DNA from: Takakia lepidozioides
Taxonomy: Eukaryota > Plantae > Bryophyta
Direction of reading: 5' to 3'
DNA: 64,000 bases
NCBI GenBank assembly: GCA_030704615.1
Contig: JAKLZA010000295.1
Location: 47,001 to 111,000 of the forward strand
Part shown: in pieces, positions 1 to 13,088 of the stretch
Layout: every line of letters starts with the position of its first letter
Numbering within the stretch: the stretch's first letter is position 1
Program-made: the position numbers and the translations under genes
Notes under the pieces: generated by a model
The model's input: only the letters and a program-made list of their open reading frames with translations
Databases searched by the model: none
What the model was told of the DNA's origin: nothing

Positions 1-219
1 TATGGCTTTGAAAAGCGAACTAGTAGGTGGTGGTGTTTATTAGAGAGCCCAGCAGTTTAAGGAGGTCTAGCTGGTTATGACAAATGCCCATTCATTCTTA
101 ATATCCAGAACCCTAATGAGGGATCTGCCAAGCTAGGTGTTATGCCCTCTGTTCACCCAATTTAACAGAAATGTTTGGCAAAGCTATGGCAAGTCAAGAA
201 CCATTGGAGAGAATGTACC

Positions 220-1915
220 CATAAGACGTTGTTTGCTGTAGCTTGTGGCCACTGACACCGCGCCCAGTTTGAGCGGAACACAAAGGGACAGGACCTACCT
301 TTGTGGGGCTGACGCCGGTAGTAAGACTTACCTTGGAATAAACAACTGATCCGGGTTTTCAATATCCTCTAGAAATCCCTTCACACAAGCATCAATCTGG
401 ATGTGTGGTTTGTCCAATAGCTAGGCCCCAAAAGGGCCTGGGCTTTTGGCTCAGCCTCGAGACTTTCAAAGTTGGTAAACAGAGGTACAGGCACAATTCC
501 TTGATATTTTGAGGAGAGTGTCTCTCTGGTGAGAGAACCCGGGACAGTGAATCAGAAAATGAATATTGTCACACAGGGCAATTGCACTCTCCCTTTCCTC
601 TCTGCATCTGTTTGCTGTTCAAAGGTAAGCTTCCCGGCCTGAGTTTAAATTTCAGTCTAGTGCCGAGAGTGGGTAGACCCTTGAGGTCATCCATGATGTC
701 CTCCCCCATGTCACAGACTGGAAACAAGTTCAGGGAAGTTTTCTGCCTAACTTCATTTTCATCAGACAATTTCCTGGCAACAGACATGGCTTTGGAGACT
801 ACAGCCTCTAAGTCAGATTTATCCAGCAGGGTCAAGACTCGCGGATTGAGATTCAGATCCTTGAGCATCTCTTCTACTCTCTTCCGCCAGGACTTAGCCT
901 GTTTGACAGGGCGCTCCTGTTTCCAAGATATAGAGTCGATTAACTTAGGATATCTGATGTTGGACATATGTTGCAGCTGACCCTACCATCTGACCTTGAA
1001 TTCATCTCGTCGGGAGCTTAAAGAAATGCCAAACTCACCCCGAACAGCCACATTGGCATGCTCACATGCACTCCTTAAGCACCCCCACTTGAATGGATTC
1101 TAGAGACTTAGCCTGGTTGAGTTATCAACCCATATTGCAGATGTGTACTCCAAGGCAGGTCTAAAACGCGACAAGCATGGTTTTCTTGACCTCAGAGTTG
1201 ATCCCTCTGCAGTAGAAAAATTTAGTGAGACCCAGCGCTTTGCGCTTGCCAGTTTGAACAACCAATTACACTCGGAGGAAAACTCAACACCGAGGTATGT
1301 GTAGGAAGGGAGGACTGGAATCTCGTCTTTCCACTGCCCTTGAGATCACCTCCTCCCTCTCCTCGGTTGTTGAATCCACATTTACTGACATTAGCCTCTA
1401 GCCCCCAAGGGTCAAAGTATCTCTTCGCGCAATCAATCAACTCCTGGAGATTGGAAGGAGTCTCCCCTATGCCTGCAGTCATCCGCAAACATAAGGGCTG
1501 GTATGGCGGCATCACCCACCCTTAACCCAAATCCCTCACTTTCCACATCCTCGAGGAATTGATTGATGAAAACATTGAAGAGCAGAGGGGAGAGGGTACA
1601 TATTGAGCTACACCTTGGTCTATGTCAAAGAAGTTAGACTTATGTCCATTAACAGTGACACAGCTTTTGGTGTGAGCATACAAGTTATGGACAACTCTCC
1701 ATCTTTAGCATGATCCACATCATGACCAGTGTCGGAGCCATAGACCGTCTCTCCACACTGTGTCATAAGCCTTTTTGACATCCAAGAAAAAACAAAAGTG
1801 GGTTTCCCTTCTTTTTTCCTTCCCTGGATAATCTGGCTTAGAGTGAAGATATGATCCACACAGCCCCTGCTTCGCCGAAAGCCAGCTTGGCCTTCGTGGA
1901 ACACCTCTAGATTCC
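220..1915 (-). mobile_element. 5'-truncated LINE (non-LTR RT plus C-terminal CCHC-type zinc finger), copy 1, in an intron of the kinase gene
   Basis: Minus-strand pieces [54 protein letters not shown]...ECNCP; 3' end similar to the copies at 1951, 3173 and 14850. Clade not resolved. Confidence 0.85.
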
Positions 1916-1950
1916 AGATCAACCTTGAGACAGGTACTTGTAACTCCAGA

Positions 1951-3130
1951 TTAGAGAGAGAGAGAGAGAGATTGTACTCATAAGACGTTGTTTGCCGTAG
2001 CCTTGTGGCCATTGACCCCGCGCCCAGTTTGACCGGGAACAAAAGGGACAGAACCTACCTCTGTCAGGGCTGACGTTGGTAGTAAGACTCACCTTCATAT
2101 ATAGAATTAATCCGGGTTTTCCAGATATCCTCTAGAAATCCCTTCACACAAGCATCAATCTGCTGTGTGTGATTTGCCCAAAAACTAGGCCTCAGGAGGG
2201 CCTGGGCTTTTGGCTCAGCCTTGAGACTTTCAAAGTTGGTAAACAGGGGTACAGGCACAATTCCCTTGATAGATTTGAAGAGAGCGTCTCTTTGGTGAGA
2301 GAACCCCGGACAGTGTATCAGAAAATGAATACTGTCTTCAGATTGCCCACACAACGGGCAATTGCACTCTCCCTTTCCTCTCTGCTTCTGTTTGCTGTTC
2401 AAAGGTAGGCTTCCTGCCCTGAGTTTAAATTTCAGTCTAGTGCGAGAGTGGGTAGACCCTTGAGGTCATCCAAGATGTCCTCCCCATGTCACTGACTGGA
2501 AACAAGTTCAGGGAAGTTTTCTGCGTAACTTCATTTTCATCAGACAATCTCATGGCAACAGACATGGCTTTGGACGCTACAGCCTCTAAGTCAGATTTAT
2601 CCAGCAGGGTCAAGACTTGCGGCTCCAGGTCCAGGTCCTTGAGAATTTTGACAGGGCGGTCCTGTTTCCAAGATATAGAGTCGAACTTAGGATATCTGGT
2701 GTTGGGCATATGTTGCAGCTGACCCCACCATCTGACCTTGAATACATCTCGTCGGGAGCTTAAGGACGTAATGCCAAACTCACCCCGAACAGCCACATTG
2801 GCTGTTTTGGAGCATTGCTGACATAGCACTCCTTAGCACCCCCACTTGAATGGATTCTAGAGACTTAGCCTGGTTGAAGTTATCAACCCATATTGCAGAT
2901 CCGTACTCCAAGGCAGGTCTAATAACGCGACAAAGCATGGTTTTCTTAACCTCAGAGTTGACCCCTGCAGTGGAAAAATTTAGTGAGCCCCAGAGCTTTG
3001 CCCTTGCCAGGTTGAACAACTTTCCGGATATGTGCATCCCAATTACAATTGGAGGAAAACTCAACGCCCAGGTAAGTGTAGGAAGGGAGGACCGGGATCT
3101 CTTGGCTACCCCACTGCCACTTAAGATCAC
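1951..3130 (-). mobile_element. 5'-truncated LINE, copy 2, with (CT)n 3' tail
   Basis: VIRPALEYG and [18 protein letters not shown]; (GA)n on plus strand at ~1953-1971 directly after the conserved 3' end; highly similar to 220-1350. Confidence 0.85.
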
Positions 3131-3172
3131 TTCCTCCTCTCTCCTCTGTCGTTGAATGCTACCACTGCTACC

Positions 3173-3308
3173 ACAGAGAGAGAGAGATTGTACTCATAAG
3201 ATGTGTTTGCCGTAGCCTTGTGGCCATTGACCCCGCGCCAGTTTGAGCAGGAACAAAAGGGACAGAACCTACCTCTGTCAGGACAGAGAGAGAGAGAGAG
3301 AGAGAGAG
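3173..3308 (-). mobile_element. ~110 bp LINE 3' terminus flanked by (GA)n on both sides
   Basis: Same 3' module (ttgtactcataag...ccttgtggccattgaccccgcgcc...cagaacctacctctgtcagg) bounded by acagagagagagaga on both sides. Confidence 0.75.
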
Positions 3309-3484
3309 GAAGAAAGCAATTTGTTCCTTGGGAAAATGGGTGAGGTGGAAGATTTGATTTGACCCAAGCCTGTCTTTTATTCCTTCTCTCCCTCATCCCC
3401 TAAGCCAGCTGCATGCTATGGATGTACTAGGGTGCCTTATTTTGCACATGTTTTGCTGACAATTGTTGAAGAAATGGTCTGCAG

Positions 3485-4163
3485 GTTCCTGGAGGTGGAT
3501 ATTGATGAGGCAATGATGAGGGTGGAAAGGCGACACATTGAAATGGGCAAGTCTCGCCACTCCTTGTAGGCTCACATTGCTGAGGATAGAACTTCCTCTA
3601 CAATCGATTTTGCATTCATGCTCAGCATAACATGGTCACTCAGTCAATCTGTTTTTTATTGGTGATTGGTTGCTGGTCAGCCGTTTCCAGCACCTTGGAT
3701 GGTTTTTCTCTATTACACGAATTGGTTCGCTGTTAGTGTGAAATGATGGAGAGCTTTCAAATATTTTGAGTTCACAGCTGAGAGGCGTTATGAAAAAAGC
3801 GGTCTTACATGCATAGCCACCAAATTGGGAATGGATGCAGGAAAGACACCAGAAGTTGCTAAATGGAGGGTGAGGACCTTCACTTGCCATTCTAATCGCT
3901 CAACTGTATATGAGGTCTAGTGTTGAATTGTTGTCCATGAGACTTTGTGCATGTGGGTATGTGAATGGGGAGATCTCCGAACGGCTGAAGGTAGAGTCCT
4001 TTGAGGAGCAATTCCGTGATCTCTATCCAGCTGAAACTGAACCTGCCCACTGATTTGAGCATCTGCATTGACAGGTGAATACAATGATCGCCCAAATGCT
4101 GAGCTTATTGCTCTTTCAAAATGGAATGCAGATCTTGTAATACAGTCTGTCCCTGTCTCTTGA
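3485..4163 (+). CDS. P-loop kinase, uridine kinase/phosphoribulokinase-like (YggC-like plant family), last 3 exons: 3485-3546, 3841-3869, 4075-4163
   Basis: Spliced translation (W)FLEVDIDEAMMRVERRHIEM-GKTPEVAKWR-(V)EYNDRPNAELIALSKWNADLVIQSVPVS* matches the recalled C-terminus of this family; AG acceptors; first donor is GC (3547); 1 nt missing at the start of the last exon. 5' exons lie outside the window. Confidence 0.8.
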
Positions 4164-4900
4164 AAGTCGACTTCCATTACCGATGAAAGGGGATCGGGTG
4201 TTTTGGGTTTAGGGGAAAGCTCAAGGACACTCAGCTGTGAATACTTTTAGCTTGTTCTTTTTCTTTCTTTTCTCTGACGTTGAGGGTTAATTAGCTTAGG
4301 TGTCACCTCGACATGGCTGCAGCTCTTGGCCCATGTGGCTGGAGGAAGCACAATGTTGCCTTGCTTTTATATGGGACCTCGCCAGACACTCCCCATTTGT
4401 CTTTTATTACAGGTGGAAGCCTTACGAAGAAGGTTTTTGAAGCCAGAAATGAAGAAAGATAATAATAGGGAGAACACTCTGGGTCAAAGCCCGGGTAAAT
4501 AAGAGCTCCTTACCTTTGGGTGCTGACAGTTTCCCGGGGTGGTTGAAGTGGTGCTCACACTGGCAAATTGCATTAAAACAATAAGATCCCATGGGTACAT
4601 GCACAAAACCTCCACATGTGAGTGGAGTTGACTGCAAAAGCCGATTGCAAGATTTTCCAATGACTAACAATTTGAAAGATATTATTAACGAGGATTATAA
4701 ATGTGCAATGGTGATTTGAAGTCTGTGATCAAATTTTGAACATCGCAGGTAAGATCAAAAGGGTTTTCAAATAGTCTTTCTCCCACATTTCTCAATTTAC
4801 TCAGTAAACTGAATACTCATTTACACAAGTGCTCACAAATGGAGTTTTCATTTGAGAAGATTGAATGTTTTTCCAAACCCCTAAGGAACCTTATAGCTTT

Positions 4901-5135
4901 CTTTTTTTTTTTCTTTTTTTTAAGAGGAAACCTGGGAGAGACAGCCCACAATTCAGGTCCTCGAGGAGGGGAAAAATTAACCCCTTCATTTTGGGCCAGG
5001 AGACCTACAGGACGATCAACACCCAGACATTACCGTCACGAACAATCCCACACACGGGGCAGGGCAGCGGGTTTGAACCCGAACCACCAGGGCGACACAC
5101 TGTGCACTTACCAGCTGAGCTACCAGCCAATGTGC
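4901..5135 (-). mobile_element. tRNA-derived SINE with A-rich tail and TSD
   Basis: Minus strand has A-box TAGCTCAGCTGG and B-box GGTTCAAACCC; T-run 4901-4921 on plus is the A tail; direct repeat tatagcttt at 4892-4900 and 5136-5144. Confidence 0.8.
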
Positions 5136-5539
5136 TATAGCTTTTTGGTGATATAAAAAGATTTTGCAACCTTTGCAGAATTGGAAAAAAAAAATCATTG
5201 ATCTTATCGAAATTCTTGAATGGCTCAGCCAATTGAGTTCAAATTCCATAGTATTGCTACGTGTGTTGGCGATGTTGCATGAGTGTGAAATCTTCTATTA
5301 TGTCAGCCTATGAATTCGTGTCATCCTCAAGTTCTGACATGTGTTGTTTACACTATCTATATGTAATCCCACATCATTAACGCGTGGCATTGTGGAGACA
5401 ATTATTCTCATTCATACGTCCACAACCTACTACACAATGTAATATGCAATATGACATGACAAACAATATGCACACACACCAATAAAAACATCGTATCAAT
5501 ATATAATAACTAAGAATGAACGATAAACCTGCATAGCTT

Positions 5540-8500
5540 TATAAAAAGACCCAAGTGGGGTGACTGTACAAATGGGTGTAACTGTCCCCAAGAGGAAACA
5601 ACCAAAGCTCGTAGAGCTAGATATATATGACACAAAGAAAGAAATCAAATTATTCTAGTATCACCTACAACCTGAAGAAAGTCAGACAACAGGAAAGAGG
5701 GTGGATCAGAGAGTGCGGGGAGGCGAGATGAAGCCGCCCTAGCAACCTCTAAAATAGATTGAGCTTGAGCCTTTTGCAAAGCAACATAAACTCATTGTCT
5801 AAATAACTACAAGAACAAAGGCGTATGGGCTTCCAAGGCTTTTGTTTTCCGCTGCACGACGGGCACATGTGCGAAGGAACTCGTTGAATTGATGATGCAA
5901 ACAACCAAAGATCTCGACTGCCAAAGGAAGGAATGTGTCTGTGGAATGACGTGCCCGATAGTCATGCTCCATTCCCTGCGCAGCTACTGAAGCGGCAACT
6001 CCCTGTGATGAGGCTGTGCGGGCAGGAGATCCGACCTAGTAGGATCAGCGATGACAACGTCCGCCAATGTACGCAATCTGTTCTGTGAGAGAACAATGTC
6101 AACCCATCGTCGAGTGGAATGGTGATCGTGGGTCGATGGGAGTATGTGCACAGCTTTCGAATGACATGTATCCCAGCATCACGAGCACCCGCAGTTGCTG
6201 CATCCCGGACGACGTCATGGGTCGCAGTGCGTTCTCCACCGCAGGAGCAACGAAGAGATGTACGCGCCGAGTGAATCGAGAGGATGGCGACACACTGTTG
6301 TAGTCTTAACACAGAGGGATGCGGCAGACCTAGTCGAACTCGTAAGGAGGTGGTAAATACAGCAAAAGACATCGGAAGGGTGCAATGGTTGGTCGTACTG
6401 TGATCCACACGCCTGCTCCGGCCCTGGCGCACGAGAGAAGTCTCGCCCGATGTGAATCTGAAGGAGCGTCGGAAAGCATGCTGGAAAATGAGTGTTGGTG
6501 CACGCGTTCCATGACGGTATCCTGTAAATGCTCCAGACCTTGAGTGACCAACTGTTCAAAGGGTGGCAGACATGCCCGTGCTGTGTTGGGATGAGATCCC
6601 ACGCTGAACGAAGATGTTGCTAGAAGGACAAAGAGCCATCGTCGATGTGGGCAACCACCTCCATGAGAAAAGGGAGTTGCTGACACAGAAACCGAGATGC
6701 CAAGGTTGGAGCGACTAAGGCCCAACTACCTAGGAAGGCAGCAGGGGCAGTGACGACTGTGGATAGTAAACCCACTCCTCCAGAAGAGATTGGGAGGGTA
6801 GCCTGACGACATGCCAAGGGCCCCTGCTCACTATCAAATGCACCTGGGCCTATAGACGACCAAAAATCCCCCTAACAGTCGTATCAAAAGAAGGCAGAAG
6901 CTCCACAAACTGGGGAGTGAGAGGGAAACAACGCAAAAGATAAGAAGGTCGCTGTAAAAAACATTTAGTGAGAATGCCATATGCTACCTGCATATCCCGA
7001 AGAAGCTCTATATGGCTTGTATCTTGTAGCAAAACGTCTTGGAGGAATGATGTTGTGTAGGGGTAGTACCAAAGGGAACACCTAACATTCGAATACCCTC
7101 AGATGGTGCTAGCAAGTCGACAGGGGGCACGAAATCTGAAGGCAGACCAGAGGGTGACAAAACTGTGGATTTGCGAGGTTGAACAGTGAGCCCAAGAGAG
7201 TGAAGGGTAGCAAAGTGATGGAAAGCCAAAAGGATATCAGTGGGAGGGGGCCAGTGATGTGGGTATCATCAGCAATAGAAGGAAATATACAGGATTGGAA
7301 GGCTTGCGTAGATGAGCGAAGGGCTCGGAAGTGGGCAAAAGCAAAAAGAGGTCCCCCTAATGGATCGCCTGACGAGTTCCTACTTCGGACTGGATTATAG
7401 TAAGATCTCCGGTCGGGGTGTGATGACTGTAAACAAAGGGGTGGAGGAAGCATAATAAAACAATCTCACAAAGGAATGAGTTGATGGCATGCGCCGCCGG
7501 CTGATCGCAATTCCTGAAATATTGCTGATCTGGACACCGTGTTAGGCGTTGGTCACATCCACCTGAAGGACGACCCAGTCTGGATGAAGGTCAAGAGAAC
7601 CCGAATCCTATGCACCACCGCTTCACACCTCCCGGAGTAGCGACCCCAAACTGATGTGGAGAGAAGTGAGAAGAAAGACCTCCCAAAACTGGATGCAGAT
7701 AGAGCGGCTCACCAAGCGATACAGAACCTCCCCCACTGCAATATGACAAATCCCACCTGTGTTCTGGACATGGCCAAGAGCCGTGCTGCTCCAAGCAAAC
7801 GTGCTACTGAGATAGGTATATGTCCCATCGCAATAAAAGAACAAACTTGGAACAGCTGGGAAAAGCCACTAGCAGAGTCCTGTGGATTGAGACAGTCACG
7901 GAGGTGTTCATACACCAAACCAGACGGACCGGCTGCTGCAAGATGAGGGCTACGGGTGAATGCTTGTATGTAAGTATCGCGATCCAATTAAAGGTCCTCA
8001 GCAGGTTCAAAGTCCTCCACAAAAGAAGGAATGATGTCGTCCGCAATGGGGTGGAGATTCTCCAAAGCTGTGACATATCAGCCGAAGGCGGTGCTGGTAA
8101 GAGGAGCAAGAGCTCGAGTGCACGGGAATACTCTCCTACCCGGCCTAGCATAACTCTGACAAAAAACGCATGTGGATGGATGGAGTGGCTGGTGTGGGCT
8201 ATCATGAGCTATTCACGCCGCAAAGTGCTTGTGCACGTAGATAATGTTCGTCTGAAGGGTTTCCCAGTCCCCAGAGAGAAATCTACGAAGACAGCACGCG
8301 TCTCTCAATGTCGGATTCACCACCACTGGAGGCAAAAACTAGACACCATAGAGGAAAAAGCAGAAAAAGGTACCAAGCAGCAATGTTGTAAGGGTCCCGA
8401 GCAAGGCGGTCCAAGGGTAAGCGAAAAGCATGTTGTACCTCTCTACGAAGCGCCATTGGGATGCGTGTATAGAGCCGGGGACGGGGCAAACCTAAATGAA

Positions 8501-9380
8501 ATGCTCCCAAAACATCAAGGGTCGCAATCCAAAGCCATGTCTGGGCAGAAGGAGCCACTAACGGGGTAGGCAAATGTTGTCCGGAGAAGACTGATGAAGT
8601 GTAGAACACGTGTGTCGATGACGTGCAAGCCCCCTGATACAAGCAACATCCGACCACAACCTGGACAAGGCACTCGGTCTGGTGGAGAAGATGGTGGTGC
8701 TGGTGGTGGGAGATAATGGAGCAAAAGAACGGGCGGTCTGATCAGGTGAACCTGTCCGCTGTCTAGAAGGAGGTGGCGAGCCAGGTGGAGGAAAAAAAGC
8801 TCTGTGGGAGGCCGCCATGTACCTGAAAGGCAAATTGGGGAAGGCCCTGGCCCCTTGATTTGGAGTTGTTGTGCCTCACTTGGGGTTGTCGGGTATCATT
8901 CCTATAGAGCTGTGACCTTGGGTAGGGTGGAAGGGTTCACCATCAACAACGCTTCCTCTCCTCCGTGGATGAGGGTTGCTGTGACCGGAGTGGGAGGGTG
9001 TAGCACTATTCTTGGCCCAATTTCTATTGCTCTTATTGTCTTAAAAGGAGGGACAGTGTCCACCACCAATATTGCCCTTGGCTGTACCATGGCTATGGCG
9101 GATGTGCCTAGTGTAGGGGGGCTGACCACCTGACGTCTAGGGTTACCTTGTGTGGTAGAGAAGGGCCCACCATTATCACGCTGAAGGCTGGTGTGTGAGG
9201 AGTGGGCGGGCCCGGCACCAGCCTGCACAGCTGCTGTGTCCCGTTTAGACCCACGATTGGGCTGTCTACCGCCTCTAGCCGCCCGTTGTCCGCCATCGGC
9301 CTCTGCCCGCCATCGGCCTCTGCCGCTGTCGCCATCGCTTTCCACCATCTTCATCTCTACTCTTGCTGTCCTTGTTTAGG
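5540..9380 (-). mobile_element. CRE-clade-like non-LTR retrotransposon (N-terminal zinc finger, RT, C-terminal restriction-like endonuclease), frameshifted
   Basis: Pieces CPGCGR..GLARHRHTC, AAGPSGL, IAVGEVLYRL, HQFGVATPGG, GDPLGGPLFA, SIADDTHI, RQATLPISSGGVG, LRVRLGLP, RTATHDVVRD, FLPLAVEIFG. Boundaries approximate. Confidence 0.75.
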
Positions 9381-9466
9381 TTGAAGCAGAGGTAATGAAG
9401 GCCTGTTTAGGTACATTCCTGTTGTTTCATTACCAGCCGGGTCCACAGAAAGTTCCGCATCCTGTC

Positions 9467-9540
9467 TAGACGACCAAAAATCCCCTAACAATCGTATCAA
9501 AAGAAGACAGAAGCTCCACAAACTGGGGAGTGGGGGGGAA
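9467..9540 (-). repeat. Short fragment of a second CRE-like copy
   Basis: Near-identical to 6853-6928 (tagacgaccaaaaatcccc...ctccacaaactggggagt). Confidence 0.7.
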
Positions 9541-9681
9541 TAAAAAAAGAATGAACATTGAGAAGAATGCACAAATGAAACTCATTGTCGTATAAGAAAA
9601 TCATGAAAGAATGTGTAGGCCCTTTGCTTTGAGGGCAAGGGGTTGGGACCTCCTCGAGTGTTGTTGTAATAACGTAATAAC

Positions 9682-10487
9682 CAGTGTTGGGCGGTTCTTG
9701 CATTTGTGAAGGAACCTTTGGTTCCGGTTCCACAATTATTTCAAGAGACAGTTCCGGATCCGGTTCTGGATCCAACTTTTAAACATGGGGGCGGTTCCGG
9801 TTACCGGTTAGTTGCTGATAAAACCACGGTTCCCGGTTACGTTCCGGTTCTTTTTTTTTTAATTTTTTTTAATTTAATTATATTTAAATATTTTATCAGT
9901 CCGGGAGATTAAATAGCAATGTATTCACATATTTGAACTAAAATCCAACGATTTTATTAGTTTTCACTAACACAAAAAAAAAAACAAAAATACTCTAAAT
10001 AAATTGGTAGAAAAAAATGGATAACATTTTATGGGTTGAAATTACTATTCAGCTATCTGGCAAGTATTGGCATCTTCTAACATTTTCATTAATGAACTTA
10101 GCCAGGATATCATGGAGCTGGAGATTGAACCCAGATCTCATGGCGTTGAAGCTTCGAACATAGAATGTCATGGCCTTCAAGCATTGAACCCAGGATCTCA
10201 TGGAGCTTGAGAGCATTAAAGAAGTTTTGCCATGGGGCCACCAGCTAGCTCTCCAGGGTTAGGCCATGTTATGCCAAGGGCCCACCAAGGGTTCAAGAAC
10301 CTGGACCCTGTTTTTATCCCCATGCGCCCCTTCTCCAGTTCTCACACCCAGCGCGAAGGGTTCGGTTCTGTGCCAATCCCCATTGGCAGATTCCTGTTTC
10401 GGGTCAGGTTCTGCAGTAATGGGCCCGGTTCCGCTTAACCTGAACCGGCGGTTAACCTGGGTCCCGGCGGGTAACCGCCCAACACTG
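9682..10487. mobile_element. Non-autonomous hAT element (MITE)
   Basis: 15-bp TIRs CAGTGTTGGGCGGTT / AACCGCCCAACACTG; 8-bp TSD GTAATAAC at 9674-9681 and 10488-10495; subterminal GGTTCC repeats. Confidence 0.92.
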
Positions 10488-10495
10488 GTAATAAC

Positions 10496-11330
10496 CATCA
10501 TTTTGGTCATGACCTGGTCCTCCTCGGTTGGTTCTCGTGACGGCCGCATCTTCGGCTTAGGCCGAGTTCACGTGGGGTGGCTCGGTGTTCTTCTTCCCTC
10601 GCATGTTGAACCGACAGCCTTCCGTGGGGTGGTTGGTCATTTTGCAAGATTCTGCACTATCTCATCGGCATGGCGCACTCTGCAGCTGAGTACCCATAGT
10701 TCTTGCAGTTGTGTACTACACGTCTTTGCGCACTACGACTTTCGCTTTGGATTTCCCCTTTTTGTCTTTTTTCTCGTGTTTACGTTCCATTTCGGAGTCG
10801 GAGCTGGACTCGAAGGACAAGGATTCCATTTTCACTTGACGCTTTCCCATTCTTCTTTCTCCAGCTAGGTCTGGCTTCATATTCATAATCTTCTTATATG
10901 ATCGGATGATTTGAAAGCTTTTTCTAACGTGTCCTGGGGCATTCCGATATGTGTAATCTAAACACCCATTGAGCGCTATTCAGCTTCTGCAGTCTTTTGT
11001 AGTAATCTTCCACACTTCTTTTCCTTTTCTGCTTGATGTGGCGCACGGTCCAGTAGATAGCGCGCCCACTCGTCGAATTATCCCTTTCGTGGTGAACAAA
11101 TACACAATGTGAGCTTGTTCTGCTCGCTGGCATCCCCATTAGCCTCATACATCGCTTCTAGCAACTTGATGTGGGGTTCGGGGTCATCACCATCCTTGAA
11201 TTATGCAACCGTCATCTTGGCTGCAGCTATGTGGGCTCCTCCACTCATTGCAGCTCCTAGGCCACTCGACATTGTTGTCATCGCCTTTCTACAACTCGTT
11301 AATGCCGAACGCTCCTATGAGTCTTTACTG
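10496..11330 (-). pseudogene. Degenerate Gypsy gag fragment, interrupted by the hAT MITE
   Basis: Minus-strand FKDGDDPEPHIKLLEAMYEANG and SVEDYYKRLQKL resemble retrotransposon gag capsid; stops and frameshifts. Confidence 0.55.
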
Positions 11331-11907
11331 TTGAGTATTTCAATCAAAGAAGATTGACGACGTCTGTGTGCCCAAACGATTATATGCCTTTCGGTTCTCC
11401 CTAGAGACTTGACTTTGTTAGGATTTGCAGCCTCTGATTGGCTCTAGGGGCCCATAATCTGCCCCAAAACTCCTTAACGCTCAGGAATGGGCTCGCCGCT
11501 GGCGAATCTGCGGGTGGCGCCCGGCTCGCGAGGCAGCTTACCCGCTTGCCCATTCCCTAGTACGTAAGGATCCTACCTCGTTTGCTTCTACTAAAAGGAA
11601 AGTAACTCAGGATGCTTTCGTAGGAAGGCCACTGCCTTTGCGTTCGGTTCTTTTTTCCCTTGCACGCAAAGCTGTCGTCGTGATTCTCGTTTTCCGCTCT
11701 GAAAACTCTGATAACTACCGGGGCTTGGCTTCCCCGAGCACTCTCCGGATTATCTCGACTACTATGAACAAGCTTACATCATCTTCTCGAGTTCTCAACT
11801 CGCACTCCCTTCGTCAGCCATCTTCTCATTTTCTTGATTGTCCTATACCCCGGTGGTATGGTCGCCACTGTTTACTACTTTTTCCTTTTGTCTACTGCAC
11901 TTGAGCA

Positions 11908-11975
11908 GGTAGCCCAGTGGTTGGGTGTTTGTGCCTTGCCTCTGCATAACCTAATGATCCTGGGTTCAATCCTTC
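11908..11975 (+). other. tRNA-like Pol III promoter (SINE head or tRNA pseudogene)
   Basis: A-box TAGCCCAGTGG (11910-11920) and B-box GGTTCAATCC (11963-11972); no convincing cloverleaf. Confidence 0.45.
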
Positions 11976-13088
11976 AACGTGTGCCTTCAGACATTCATTG
12001 GGCCCTCTGTGTGTTGAGCAGTAGGCTCTGTAAATTCACTGGTTTTCTTTATCGACTATTCTACACTAGTAATTACTTGCAGGCCTGCGTAGCTTCCATT
12101 CTACTCTATCTCAGTGGTCTGTCCACCTACTCTACCAATTTCTTCCCCTCTAGTGTAAAACTGACCAGGACAAGCCCTTACAGAAAATTGTACATAACCT
12201 AAATGCAAAAAGAACTAAGCACAGCCGCTATGGCATAAGGCTTACAGGGGAACAATGACCAATTCAGGGAATTTTGGGTTAGCTCCTGTGAGAGTTGATC
12301 AAAAAGATAAAATCAAACCTGTGACCCTGTAGACCCACACTGCTCATGCTCATCATTTTCTTTACCAAGCTTTTTGCTGACATTGGTCATCACCAGAAAA
12401 CATATAGATTCCCACAAAACTAATGCTGCCAATGCCAGAAAGTTAAGTTTTTCTGGCAGCAGCACCCATCTGCGGTACAACTTTTTGCGCTGTTGGATGG
12501 AATGTTGTGATGAGTCGGGCAGGGCTGTCTGCAATCTGGTCAGGCAGGTAGTGACCACTGTTAATACTAGGGAGGAAGCCCACTGCGCAGCCTGCATAAT
12601 TGACCATTTGGCTCCCCATGAATCCTGCACTGCCCACCAGGCAGTTGCACACAATATAAATCACATGTTTGGAGCTCTTGAATTCAGAAAGTTTCGAATA
12701 AATGAAAGAGGGACTAATCAATACCACAATGACAGCATGGTATTGCCATTGCAGTAGATGGACCCCACCTGGAAGGTAGTCCAATTGGCATTGGGTTAGA
12801 AAGCAATTGCATTTCAATCTTGTCATGGGATTTGCTTACTAATTTCCCTCTGAAACGGGCCATGTCCTATCAATGTGTGTCGGCAATGTACAACTCAATC
12901 TTCAACCTACTTGCGTTCAGGATTTTTTTGAAGAAAAACCACTCTGGAGGTTCATGGAGCAGATTGTAGGAAAGCACCTCACACTGCCATGTCTCTCTAT
13001 CCTCCAAGACAGCCTGCATGAAAGGATCTCCTGGTTACTACATTGCCCTCTTTAGCCATCAGGTCCAGTCAAAGCATCTCCTACAATG

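Noticed and set aside
3917-4177. Minus-strand ORF MEVDFQETG...
   Set aside because: Antisense shadow of the kinase exons.
5060-5135. Functional tRNA gene
   Set aside because: No proper anticodon or acceptor stems; followed by a body, A tail and TSD, so called a SINE.
7820-8569. 249-aa plus-strand ORF
   Set aside because: Antisense to the CRE RT region; no recognisable motifs.
12313-12826. Overlapping 113-127 aa ORFs downstream of BCKDHB
   Set aside because: No recognisable domain or supported splice structure; probably UTR or intergenic.
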